64,000 bases of DNA from an uncultured virus (IMG/VR IMGVR_UViG_3300050821_012144) (Duplodnaviria; Heunggongvirae; Uroviricota; Caudoviricetes): the IMG/VR virus record IMGVR_UViG_3300050821_012144; one strand, 5' to 3'. The notes beneath the pieces are model-generated. The model was not told where the DNA came from and searched no databases. It saw nothing but the letters and a program-made list of their open reading frames with translations. Positions within the stretch are counted from its first letter, which is position 1; each line of letters starts with the position of its first letter. Made by a program: the position numbers and the translations under genes. Shown in pieces: positions 56,160 through 64,000 of this stretch.

Positions 56160-57185
56160 ATGAATATGCGTAAGAAGTCTGATAAGTCCGATACCGATAA
56201 CGTTACGAACAAGAAGCAGTCCTTCGATTTTTCTCGTGTCGGTGGGTTCTTCAACGTCGACCCTATCACCGATCTTCGTATCATCGGCGGCAAGAGTTTG
56301 CCTGCCGAGGAGGCAGGTGACCTGGACACTGACGACGGCCCGACCCACACGCTCTGGGATAGCCGTAACACCATGGCGCTGAAGAAGTCGTTCGTGGCCA
56401 ATGTCGATTACAACGGTGTCCTGGAGACCGTTCTCGTTGCCAAGATCGACGGTGTGGCTACGGTCGTGGCTGGCCGGCGACGTGTCCGTGCTGCTCGTGC
56501 TGTCAATCGGCAGCGCAAGGAGCGCGGCGAGCCCGAGATGAAGGTCGAGATCAAGATCGTGCGGCCGTCTAGCGACGCTCGTATGCTCGGAATCTCGATT
56601 GCCGAGAACGAGGCCCGCTTCGATGATGACATCGCCACCAAGATCCTCAAGGTCAAGCAGCTCAAGGAGCGGGGTGTGGACGACGAGACCGTGGCGATTC
56701 AGTTCGACACGACCGTCACGACGATCCGCAACTGGCTCGATTACGACGACAACGCTGTTGCGTCCGTCAAGAAGGCGGTCGAGTCCGGCAAGATCAGCCA
56801 GACCTCTGGCTGGGAACTGTCGACGATCAAGGACTCCGAGAAGCAGAAGGCGGCACTTGACGAGATTTTGGCCAACGCCGGGTCGTTGGGCACGTCTCAG
56901 CGCGAGGTCAAGCAGGCCAAGGCGCGGGTCACCAACAAGCGTGTTGGCGTGTCCGACAAGATGACGCAGAAGCGGATTCTGGCGGCGATCGTCGAGTCGC
57001 CAAGGTCGACCAAGGATGAGAGCCAAGCGTTCTGGAATGGCGCTGCTGCAGCCATCAAGCTGATCCTCGGTGAGGAGGGCGTCGATCCTCGGATGGGTGT
57101 GCTGCTGACCCAGGTTCGGGAGATGGCTAAGAAGGCCAAGCCGCGTAAGCGGAAGGGTACAGCGGCTGAGGCAGTTGCTGCCTAA
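56160..57185 (+). CDS. ParB-like protein (ParB N-domain plus HTH)
   Basis: GVLETVLV, VVAGRRRVRAA, ISIAENEAR, HTH-like VAIQFDTTVTTIRNWL; visibly GC-rich codon usage. Confidence 0.8.
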   Translation: MNMRKKSDKSDTDNVTNKKQSFDFSRVGGFFNVDPITDLRIIGGKSLPAEEAGDLDTDDGPTHTLWDSRNTMALKKSFVANVDYNGVLETVLVAKIDGVATVVAGRRRVRAARAVNRQRKERGEPEMKVEIKIVRPSSDARMLGISIAENEARFDDDIATKILKVKQLKERGVDDETVAIQFDTTVTTIRNWLDYDDNAVASVKKAVESGKISQTSGWELSTIKDSEKQKAALDEILANAGSLGTSQREVKQAKARVTNKRVGVSDKMTQKRILAAIVESPRSTKDESQAFWNGAAAAIKLILGEEGVDPRMGVLLTQVREMAKKAKPRKRKGTAAEAVAA

Positions 57186-57264
57186 CTTTTTCTTAAATAG
57201 AATGGCATAGGAAAATGTTTGAGCGTGATCGTTTTTTGCGCACAGCGAGCTGAACGGAATTCAC

Positions 57265-57447
57265 ATGAAGCTACACGAAATCGACCTTACTAAAGCTAAG
57301 GCACTCCACGACGAGGCGCAGTCGCTCATTGCTACGCGAAGTGCTCCCGAGAAGGTCAGAGCTGCACTAGACCTTCTCGGATTTCTCATTGAGGAACTAC
57401 AACGCCTCGACTCCACCGACACACGAGATATTACGGAGCATGTGTAA
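57265..57447 (+). CDS. Hypothetical protein
   Basis: 60 aa ORF coupled to the next gene. Confidence 0.4.
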   Translation: MKLHEIDLTKAKALHDEAQSLIATRSAPEKVRAALDLLGFLIEELQRLDSTDTRDITEHV

Positions 57448-57789
57448 ATGAGAGTCGCTGATGCTATCACGAATCCAAAGTTCCTTGATGGTACACAGTC
57501 TATCGAGTACGACACTGCGGATTGGGCCGGAAACAGTAGCCTAGGCGCGTACACCGTTAGACAGGTGTCTGTCGCGAAGGACAAAGTAGGAAGATTTCTC
57601 GTCGAGCGACATCGGGCATTCAAATCCGTCGCGAACAGTCCGTGGCCAAAATGGCGTGCGATCCGAGATAGCAGTGCAGGTGAGTATGGATTCTTCGGGT
57701 TGTGGCTACCGCATCTCAACGATCTACTTGCTGACTGCAAGCTAGTCGAACTTGACACGGCTGATCGCGTTGGGTTATTGGATACTTAA
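57448..57789 (+). CDS. Hypothetical protein
   Basis: 113 aa ORF. Confidence 0.5.
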   Translation: MRVADAITNPKFLDGTQSIEYDTADWAGNSSLGAYTVRQVSVAKDKVGRFLVERHRAFKSVANSPWPKWRAIRDSSAGEYGFFGLWLPHLNDLLADCKLVELDTADRVGLLDT

Positions 57790-57802
57790 TGCTTAGAACC
57801 TG

Positions 57803-57904
57803 GCCTAATCCTGAGGCAGAAGCGGTGACGCTGAGAGTAGGGATTTACTCGTTCTGCCAGCGGTAATCATCTGAAGAGATTCAGACTAAGACCATGAATT
57901 AGGC
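57803..57904 (+). ncRNA. Candidate structured RNA, multibranch with two GNRA tetraloops
   Basis: GCCTAAT/ATTAGGC, GGCAGAA/TTCTGCC, GCG-GTGA-CGC, GAGTA/TACTC and TCTGAA-GAGA-TTCAGA in an intergenic gap. Confidence 0.4.
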
Positions 57905-57994
57905 GAAACAATCCTGACTGACGACGACGGCATGCGATACTGCTACGAGAATATTATTAGCGCACGCCTAGGGTTTCGTGTATATAGTAGAGAC

Positions 57995-58501
57995 ATGGCA
58001 AAGAAGCGTAAGACAGAACCTCCAATCCTTCGTAAATTTACGGCAAGTAACAAGAAGGCCAAAGTCACCGACGTTGGAAAAATTGACACAGGCGCGAATG
58101 CAACTTTCCTGAGTCGAACACTAGCCTGCCGTCTGGAGCCGAATATGTCTGCACCAGACACCTTAGGAGAGACTAATGCAGGTTTAGTAGGCGGTAACCT
58201 GATTGAAGTTGTCCTACGTGTTGGTAAGCGAGAGCTACCTGTTAAGGCTTACGTTCCAGCTGTAGTATACCTGCCTGACGGCTCCACGCAGTCAGTCCGT
58301 GAAGGAAAGAATCTGATCGGACTAGATTTTCTTAGAGGAACTAAGGCTGTAATAGACTTCAAACGCAGAAGAGGCGATGAGTTACTTCAGGGCATCCCAG
58401 ACCCACGTGAGATTACTAGCTTTCGTCCAATGACTAAACGTGAACGGGCACAGGTGGCGCACATACGATGCCGCGTACCTGTAAGAAAGAAACGTCGTTA
58501 A
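57995..58501 (+). CDS. Retropepsin-like (clan AA) aspartic protease with basic termini
   Basis: KIDTGANATFL and NLIGLDFL; TATAGT 6 nt before ATG 57995. Confidence 0.8.
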   Translation: MAKKRKTEPPILRKFTASNKKAKVTDVGKIDTGANATFLSRTLACRLEPNMSAPDTLGETNAGLVGGNLIEVVLRVGKRELPVKAYVPAVVYLPDGSTQSVREGKNLIGLDFLRGTKAVIDFKRRRGDELLQGIPDPREITSFRPMTKRERAQVAHIRCRVPVRKKRR

Positions 58502-58659
58502 TGCCGCGTAAGAAAGATTTAGGGCTTATTCTTATCAATCTAAGGTTACGAAAGAAGGACGTAGCGCAGGCTAAGCGTCTAGCTAAGGAACGTAATATAC
58601 CTTATCAGCATGTTATCCGCACATGGGTAGCAAGTGCAGCTGAAGGTGCACGGCCATAA
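58501..58659 (+). CDS. Ribbon-helix-helix (CopG/antitoxin-like) protein
   Basis: INLRL...V.QAKRLAKERNIPYQHVIRTWV; coupled to the protease gene. Confidence 0.7.
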   Translation: MPRKKDLGLILINLRLRKKDVAQAKRLAKERNIPYQHVIRTWVASAAEGARP

Positions 58660-58662
58660 CAT

Positions 58663-58941
58663 ATGCGCGAGACAATCCTAACCGACGACGAGGGCACTCG
58701 GTATTGCTACGAGAATATTAAGACACAAGGTTGGCTTGACGGCCACACTAGCGGGTTGGACGCTGCTGTAAATTTTCTTAAAGATCGTGCTGTTGAACTG
58801 TTCAAGGCCGGCAAAGACTCTGAAGCGACTCAGTTACGTAAGCTGGCTGACGAAATGCAGTGTAAGCTTGAGCCTAATATGAAGGCACGTGCACGTAGGC
58901 ATGAAGATGAATTTCCGGCTATTGTTCTTCCAGAAGAATAA
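58663..58941 (+). CDS. Hypothetical protein
   Basis: 92 aa; its 5' end is duplicated at about 57905-57955. Confidence 0.6.
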   Translation: MRETILTDDEGTRYCYENIKTQGWLDGHTSGLDAAVNFLKDRAVELFKAGKDSEATQLRKLADEMQCKLEPNMKARARRHEDEFPAIVLPEE

Positions 58942-58943
58942 AT

Positions 58944-59138
58944 ATGTACGGTGAGCAAAATCTAATTCGTGCCGGGTACGCCTGGCACGTTTTTGCCTAT
59001 TTCTCGTGTAATTCTAGTGGTGTGCGTATAGCTGTACGTAAGACTGAGCAAGGCGCCGTGCGATATGGACTAGCATTCGCTAGGCGTAACAACGTCCAAG
59101 TTGCTTGGAGTCTAAAGCATACTCCAGGCACGGAATAA
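58944..59138 (+). CDS. Hypothetical protein
   Basis: Operon position. Confidence 0.4.
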   Translation: MYGEQNLIRAGYAWHVFAYFSCNSSGVRIAVRKTEQGAVRYGLAFARRNNVQVAWSLKHTPGTE

Positions 59139-59165
59139 GTCGCCTAGGTAGTTCGTTTGATATTT

Positions 59166-59471
59166 ATGTTGAACAAAATCGCAATCGCAATCGTCCTCTT
59201 CTCTTCTACGGGCTGCCTCATTTACGAGGACTCAAACAGCTCAAACGGATCTGGTTCGGGATCAGACGGTTCAGGCAGCCAAACCGCTACCCTGCCTAAC
59301 GTCGTGCCGACTACCAAGATCTCGTGTTACATTGGTTCGGGCTCGGATAGTACCTGGGTCCCTCAGGAAGGTTCCATCGGTACTGGTGAGTGGGGCCTGG
59401 ATCTGTCCGCGAGTTGTATCGCCGCTGGAGCGCATCTGCTTGTTGAGGTCGGTACGCTGCCGGTTGAGTAA
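59166..59471 (+). CDS. Putative lipoprotein with GSGSGS linker
   Basis: MLNKIAIAIVLFSSTG-C lipobox-like signal. Confidence 0.6.
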   Translation: MLNKIAIAIVLFSSTGCLIYEDSNSSNGSGSGSDGSGSQTATLPNVVPTTKISCYIGSGSDSTWVPQEGSIGTGEWGLDLSASCIAAGAHLLVEVGTLPVE

Positions 59472-59474
59472 TCA

Positions 59475-59681
59475 ATGTTGACCGCCGATACGATCACCGA
59501 CGAGCAGATCCGTGAGCTATTGGAATTGCGCGCGATTAACCGCATTCAATTTCATAAAGCTACCAACGATATTGTAGGTTGGGTGGATACTGCATATCAA
59601 GACGAACGGCGAGCAGCCCGTGCACGTTGCGCTGAAATCTATAACTGCAAGATTAGAACGGCTGATTGGATCAAGAAATGA
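59475..59681 (+). CDS. Hypothetical protein
   Basis: ATGA overlap with the next gene. Confidence 0.5.
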   Translation: MLTADTITDEQIRELLELRAINRIQFHKATNDIVGWVDTAYQDERRAARARCAEIYNCKIRTADWIKK

Positions 59682-60346
59682 AGTCTTTTCCCAGTCTCAC
59701 GATCGCTGCCATAACATATACGTTTGTGCCTGCCTACGCAGAACACACATCGACCGCTGCTCAAGCTACGTTTGTTTATCTGAACCGAAACGGTCAAACT
59801 GTAGGGACTGGTGACGGTCACCAGGCTGGGACGCTACCTGCTTACGGCGGTTCAGAAGACGAATGGCATCAAATCGTAGCTTGTGTGCGTGATCGCTACG
59901 CCAACTTCAATGTAGATGTGCTCACTCGGCGACCGCCTGCAGCGGTTAAAGTACACTATGCAACAGTAATTGTAGGCGGCTGGGCTAGTGATGTAGGACT
60001 GTCAAACCGGGACTACAACGGTATCGCACCATACCACAAAGGACGAATTGTACTCGATGGAACCGCTCTGGTTTTTTCCAAAGTCGGGCCTCATGGCGAG
60101 CATGACATCGAAAATGTTTGCTCCGCAATTGTCCACGAGAGCGCGCACATGATCGGCGGATTGGACCACGAGCTTAAATGTGGGGACGTAATGGGTTACG
60201 CCACCAACAAGTGCGGTGCACGCGAGTTTGTCGACGAGGACGCACCATGCGGTGAAACTGTAAAACGACGATGCGGTAATGGTCAGATGACCCAGAACTC
60301 GTATAGGTTACTGGGGAGCAAAGTTGGCTTCCGAAGTGGGTATTAG
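59678..60346 (+). CDS. Secreted metzincin-like metallopeptidase
   Basis: Signal peptide ending AYA; HESAHMIGGLDH and DVM Met-turn; Cys-rich. Confidence 0.75.
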   Translation: MKSFPSLTIAAITYTFVPAYAEHTSTAAQATFVYLNRNGQTVGTGDGHQAGTLPAYGGSEDEWHQIVACVRDRYANFNVDVLTRRPPAAVKVHYATVIVGGWASDVGLSNRDYNGIAPYHKGRIVLDGTALVFSKVGPHGEHDIENVCSAIVHESAHMIGGLDHELKCGDVMGYATNKCGAREFVDEDAPCGETVKRRCGNGQMTQNSYRLLGSKVGFRSGY

Positions 60347-60525
60347 AAAGTTTGTGAATGCAATGTCGACTGATAAACTGCGAATGGCCATAGCACTTGC
60401 TACAACTCATGCAGAGCTTGCAAAGCTGGGCGCAAAGATTGTGTATCTAGATGATACAGAGGCCAAACGAGTGCTCCTAGCAGTGCAATGGCTTAGAGCG
60501 ACCGATCGAGTGCGTAGGTCTGTGA

Positions 60526-60714
60526 ATGGACGCTGATACGCTTGAAGACGTGCGGCACGCTATCCGTGCTGTCGCTTCAGTGGGAAACTATGCACTCGCA
60601 TACGATTTATCCATACGTGCAGGACTGTGGATCTGTTTGCATTGTGCCGCTGATCTCAAGCCTAAAGACTACTACCTGTCCGGGGAAGCGCTTTGCACTA
60701 TGGGCATAAAATAG
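60526..60714 (+). CDS. Small Zn-finger-like protein
   Basis: LEDVRHAI...GNY.LA..L...ICLHC. Confidence 0.55.
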   Translation: MDADTLEDVRHAIRAVASVGNYALAYDLSIRAGLWICLHCAADLKPKDYYLSGEALCTMGIK

Positions 60715-60790
60715 CGACGGCCGCGTCTGTTTTTCTTGTAGAACCAAGGTGGTTAAGACACCTGAAAACAGCTACCCGATCAGGTACTAG

Positions 60791-60961
60791 ATGGACGACC
60801 TTATGAACGACCTTGAAGATGTTCGACATGCCATACAGGCTGCTGCTGCAGCAGGTAATTATGTTCTAGCTGATAATCTAGCCATCGCGCATAACCTGTC
60901 TATCTGTTTACACTGCACTAAGGTTTTTATCCGCCCAACTCAAAATGAGCGCCTGGTGTAG
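60791..60961 (+). CDS. Paralog of 60526-60714; not in ORF track
   Basis: MDDLMNDLEDVRHAIQAAAAAGNYVLADNLAIAHNLSICLHC... Confidence 0.5.
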   Translation: MDDLMNDLEDVRHAIQAAAAAGNYVLADNLAIAHNLSICLHCTKVFIRPTQNERLV

Positions 60962-61041
60962 CTTATGGGATCTTGGAATCAATAGTTACGGGTATGTTTG
61001 CTGGTCTTGTGCTGCGTGTGTTGTGAGAACTCCTGAAAATC

Positions 61042-61087
61042 GCATCCTTGGTTTTGGTTTGGATAGCATCCTTGGTTTTGGTTTTGA
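61042..61087. repeat. Two tandem 24-bp units (GCATCCTTGGTTTTGGTTT core)
   Basis: Copies start at 61042 and 61066. Confidence 0.8.
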
Positions 61088-61108
61088 CTCTGCAAAATTT
61101 CCGGTCAA

Positions 61109-62770
61109 GTGATTATGCCTACTATGCACTTTCAAATTTCTGGCGCCGATCTAACTAATCTCGCCCGCCAACGCTTGCTAGAAGATGCTCCCGGTTCGGC
61201 TTGGCGCATCGCTAGTTGCCTTCTAAACGACGAAGGCGAAGGGGAAGACAAAGACAACGGCGTAGCTGACGCAGCACTGTCTATCCTGACTGGCACCAAG
61301 CGTCTCGTCGGCAACGAGTCAGGGATGAAGCTCGTCAAGGAGCCTGTAGCCACTACCAAATCCTTTCAGGAACAGGTCAATCATATCTACGCGGGCCGTA
61401 TCCAAATCAACGGTAGATGGTATTGTCCGGTAGCCTACGTGAGCGATATGGGCCCACGTGATATGCGAAACGATCACCAGAAGCCTGTAGTTCGCTATGG
61501 TTTTGGGCAGCGCGGCTACAAGAATCGCGCCTGGCATTACTGCAGCAAAGACGAAATCGTCGCCGAACATGCATCATATCCAGACCCAAGTGAAGACGGT
61601 TACGGCCTGGCGCGGGAGACGCTTTTTCGTGCCTGCAATGAACGGCCTCATTGGTTGACTCCACCGCGAGGCCCTCAAGAAGCCCTCGACGAATATTTGG
61701 TAGCTGGACACCGCCTTGAAGAGCGTAGCCATTCAAAATGGTACGGCACTACCTCCGAAGAAATTTGGTCGGATGATAACAGTAGCCGCGATGAGCAGGA
61801 GCAGGATCCGGTTGAGCAACCTGAGCGTGTTGCCAAAGCGATTTTCATGAACGCTGAGCGCACTAAACGTGAACAGGATGCAATCAAGAAGGGCGACCTG
61901 TTACCAATGAATGCACGGCTCAAGGCCGAGCTTGAGCTAGCCAAAGAACTCGATGAACTTAACGAGCTTGATCACAAACTGGATTCCGACGAAGAGCTTT
62001 CGCATGAAATCGTCGATGAAGGTAACGCTCAGGAAGCCCAAGATCAAATTGACCTTGAGCGCGATGACCTGTACAAGCGTCGGTTAGTTGCATACCAGAA
62101 ACAAATCCTGGAGCAAGCCAACGGTGACCTGTTTGACCTAACCTGGGAGGCGTCCAAGGGAGACGAACTAGATGCGGCCTGGGGCAGGGATCGCAATATT
62201 CCAGCAGGTAAAGTCCAGGTACCTCGTGCGCCCTTTTTACGGTGGGCATTTGCTAAAATGAAGATGTATGAAGATTTTCTTCTACCCTGGCAGAACGTAT
62301 GCCCCTCGGGCATGAAAATGCCACTGGATAATCAAGATCATACAGATTGGGTGGTTGGTGCGGGTCTTGATCCGGCTAATCGTGAATTAATGTACTATCC
62401 GAGTCCGCTCGCCGACGCTGCAATGAATAAAGTCTGCGACCTGCAGAATGAATTTCGTGAAGCTGGAAGAGGTATTACTGTCCTAGTTGACGGTCCGTGG
62501 GCATCCGGTCGAGTCGTACACGGCAAGCCGAATCTGCCCTCGGAGGAGGGCAGCGTGGTTGTCCTGCCCAACTTGCATCCCAAGTATTTGGTGTCGACCG
62601 CGCACGCTTGTGCGGTGATCACGGAGGAAGGTGGCGCTACCGCACACTTGGCTCAAATCGGCCGCGAACGGTTACTCCCGATGGTACGTATTTCTGGGGC
62701 GCTAGAGAAATATACTGAAGGAGTTGAGGTTATAGTAGATACAGCAAATAGACAAGTGCAGGAAGTCTAA
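61109..62770 (+). CDS. Large protein with C-terminal PEP-utilising (phospho-His swivel) domain
   Basis: GPWASGRV...VVVLP...AVITEEGGATAHLAQIGRE..LPMV. Confidence 0.7.
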   Translation: MIMPTMHFQISGADLTNLARQRLLEDAPGSAWRIASCLLNDEGEGEDKDNGVADAALSILTGTKRLVGNESGMKLVKEPVATTKSFQEQVNHIYAGRIQINGRWYCPVAYVSDMGPRDMRNDHQKPVVRYGFGQRGYKNRAWHYCSKDEIVAEHASYPDPSEDGYGLARETLFRACNERPHWLTPPRGPQEALDEYLVAGHRLEERSHSKWYGTTSEEIWSDDNSSRDEQEQDPVEQPERVAKAIFMNAERTKREQDAIKKGDLLPMNARLKAELELAKELDELNELDHKLDSDEELSHEIVDEGNAQEAQDQIDLERDDLYKRRLVAYQKQILEQANGDLFDLTWEASKGDELDAAWGRDRNIPAGKVQVPRAPFLRWAFAKMKMYEDFLLPWQNVCPSGMKMPLDNQDHTDWVVGAGLDPANRELMYYPSPLADAAMNKVCDLQNEFREAGRGITVLVDGPWASGRVVHGKPNLPSEEGSVVVLPNLHPKYLVSTAHACAVITEEGGATAHLAQIGRERLLPMVRISGALEKYTEGVEVIVDTANRQVQEV

Positions 62771-63483
62771 TGGGAATCGTAAGACTTAAGGACGTCGATT
62801 ACGCAAAGCTCGAAAGTATGGTAGCCAAGATTTACCAAGAAACTCTTACTGCTGATCAAGCCGCTACTGCTGTAGAGCAACTAGTTAATTGGGATTACGA
62901 ACGCATTCGATTTCTTGTAGCTGGTTTGAAGCGTCTTGCTGACCGTAAGCTCAGGATGAGTAGGAGTTCTAACCTGTTAGACGCACACACCGCAATTCCG
63001 TGCAAACTTCAACCGTATATGGTTCGTGCTGCAGCCCAACCGATGTGTATGTGGTTCGCTGACAAGCAAATTCGCGGTTTTTTCCAATTAACTTCAACGG
63101 AACAAGTTAATCGTCAGCGCAATCAGACTCTGGTCGAGACGATGATTGATGGTCTGGTTCAAGCCGCTTGGAACGAGTACATAGGGGACAAACGAGGAGA
63201 TCGGATTATGGGAGACGATCCAGAAGATGCTGTTAGGCCTATTATTTATGCTGGCTATGAATCATTTCCATCGAAAGTCAGATCTGTACGTATTGCCGTC
63301 AAGGAGGCGCTTCGTGCTGGTCTGACTCAACTGGACCTACATGAATGCGGCATTGAAGCCTTCCCGGGTTACGAACAACTGCCATCGGACTATCGCCATG
63401 CCGCTCTAGCGGTCATGGACGCAGGCGAATATAAAAAGGCACGAGAAATTATTCTCGACGGCATCAAACTAGGCCAGCGATAA
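62770..63483 (+). CDS. Hypothetical protein
   Basis: 237 aa, coupled to the previous gene. Confidence 0.6.
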   Translation: MGIVRLKDVDYAKLESMVAKIYQETLTADQAATAVEQLVNWDYERIRFLVAGLKRLADRKLRMSRSSNLLDAHTAIPCKLQPYMVRAAAQPMCMWFADKQIRGFFQLTSTEQVNRQRNQTLVETMIDGLVQAAWNEYIGDKRGDRIMGDDPEDAVRPIIYAGYESFPSKVRSVRIAVKEALRAGLTQLDLHECGIEAFPGYEQLPSDYRHAALAVMDAGEYKKAREIILDGIKLGQR

Positions 63484-63985
63484 ATATTTGGAGCTTGTGT
63501 TGTAGCCATTCGGGATCGTTCATCTCGGCTACGTTTATTCTAAGGATCTTCCACCCTGCGTTGGCATAATCTGCTGTCTCGCTATCATGTTCTGCTGAAA
63601 CATAAGAATCTAATAAGATCGCTGACTTTATGTTGTCTGTATGGATGAAATCAGGATTTCGCCAATTTCGGCATCCATCTGGTGTTGGAATTCTGAACGA
63701 TCCGTCTCCTGTATATCGGAACGGTATTCCCCAATTCTTGAACAGGATTATTAAACGTTTCTCAAGTTCCGTCGGACGTGATGCATTGAAAACAACAGGA
63801 ATACGCCCTTCAATCGCCGCCTTCGAATTCGCTGCTGATACCTTGGCTCGATGCTCAGGGTCCTCCCAGAGTTTCTTAAATCGCTTCGAAGTCACTTTCC
63901 GGGTCTCTGGCTTCCTTTGGAATTCTCCTGCTGCTATGCCGCCCATACTAGCTAAATCGGGGAACCGTTCACGCGCTGTTGCCAT
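63464..63985 (-). CDS. Putative Vsr/DUF559-like endonuclease with NUMOD-like N-terminus; may extend past the window
   Basis: KKLWEDPEHRAK, PTELEKRL, NPDF, GWKILRI. Confidence 0.6.
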   Translation of the reverse strand: MATARERFPDLASMGGIAAGEFQRKPETRKVTSKRFKKLWEDPEHRAKVSAANSKAAIEGRIPVVFNASRPTELEKRLIILFKNWGIPFRYTGDGSFRIPTPDGCRNWRNPDFIHTDNIKSAILLDSYVSAEHDSETADYANAGWKILRINVAEMNDPEWLQHKLQIFIAGLV

Positions 63986-64000
63986 TCTTTTTCGAGACGT

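Larger units (their letters stand above)
1..64000. mobile_element. Segment of a large bacterial dsDNA virus genome, probably tailless and membrane-containing
   Basis: Dense ORFan content, fibre/spike genes, free-standing homing endonucleases, ibrAB-like pair, no housekeeping genes, no recognisable head-tail module. Confidence 0.8.

Noticed and set aside
56145..57026. 293-aa minus-strand ORF, and similar antisense ORFs such as 9340-10146 and 38771-39310
   Set aside because: Shadows of codon-biased genes on the opposite strand; no motifs or start signals
57860..57915. Hammerhead ribozyme (CTGAAGA ... GAAAC)
   Set aside because: Stem II does not close next to GAAA, and no suitable stem I/III with a cleavage triplet could be built
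1..64000. tRNA, rRNA, integrase, DNA polymerase or head-tail morphogenesis genes
   Set aside because: None recognised by eye; divergent versions cannot be excluded without profile searches

Overview
This window looks like a 64 kb segment of a large dsDNA virus of bacteria. I see no terminase, portal, HK97 capsid, tail-tube or tape-measure gene. About 1-53 kb is mostly structural. It holds two candidate jelly-roll capsid proteins (10287-11042, 37229-37765), many small membrane proteins with Arg/Lys tails, protamine-like proteins and at least 9 modular spike/fibre genes. It also holds a membrane-anchored transglutaminase-fold Cys protease, a thioredoxin and a glycosyltransferase/methyltransferase pair. 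Homing endonucleases and an ibrAB-like pair are inserted in it. About 53-64 kb holds small early-type genes, a GC-rich ParB-like gene and several peptidases. Three window-wide patterns stand out. (1) A short hydrophobic-Gly tag (FG/LG/MG) sits at the boundary of N-terminal leader peptides or just before poly-Arg tails in over 20 proteins, including enzymes and the protease itself, suggesting a protease-dependent virion maturation or cargo-sorting system. (2) Eight exact copies of an intergenic 16-bp palindrome GATCGC-N4-GCGATC mostly lie about 2-4, 11-13 or 22-25 bp from promoters, i.e. helically phased. (3) About 25 genes have their own extended -10 promoter 5-9 nt before the start codon, implying leaderless mRNAs. 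All product calls come from reading motifs by eye. No database search was run, and the capsid-fold and host assignments are inference.
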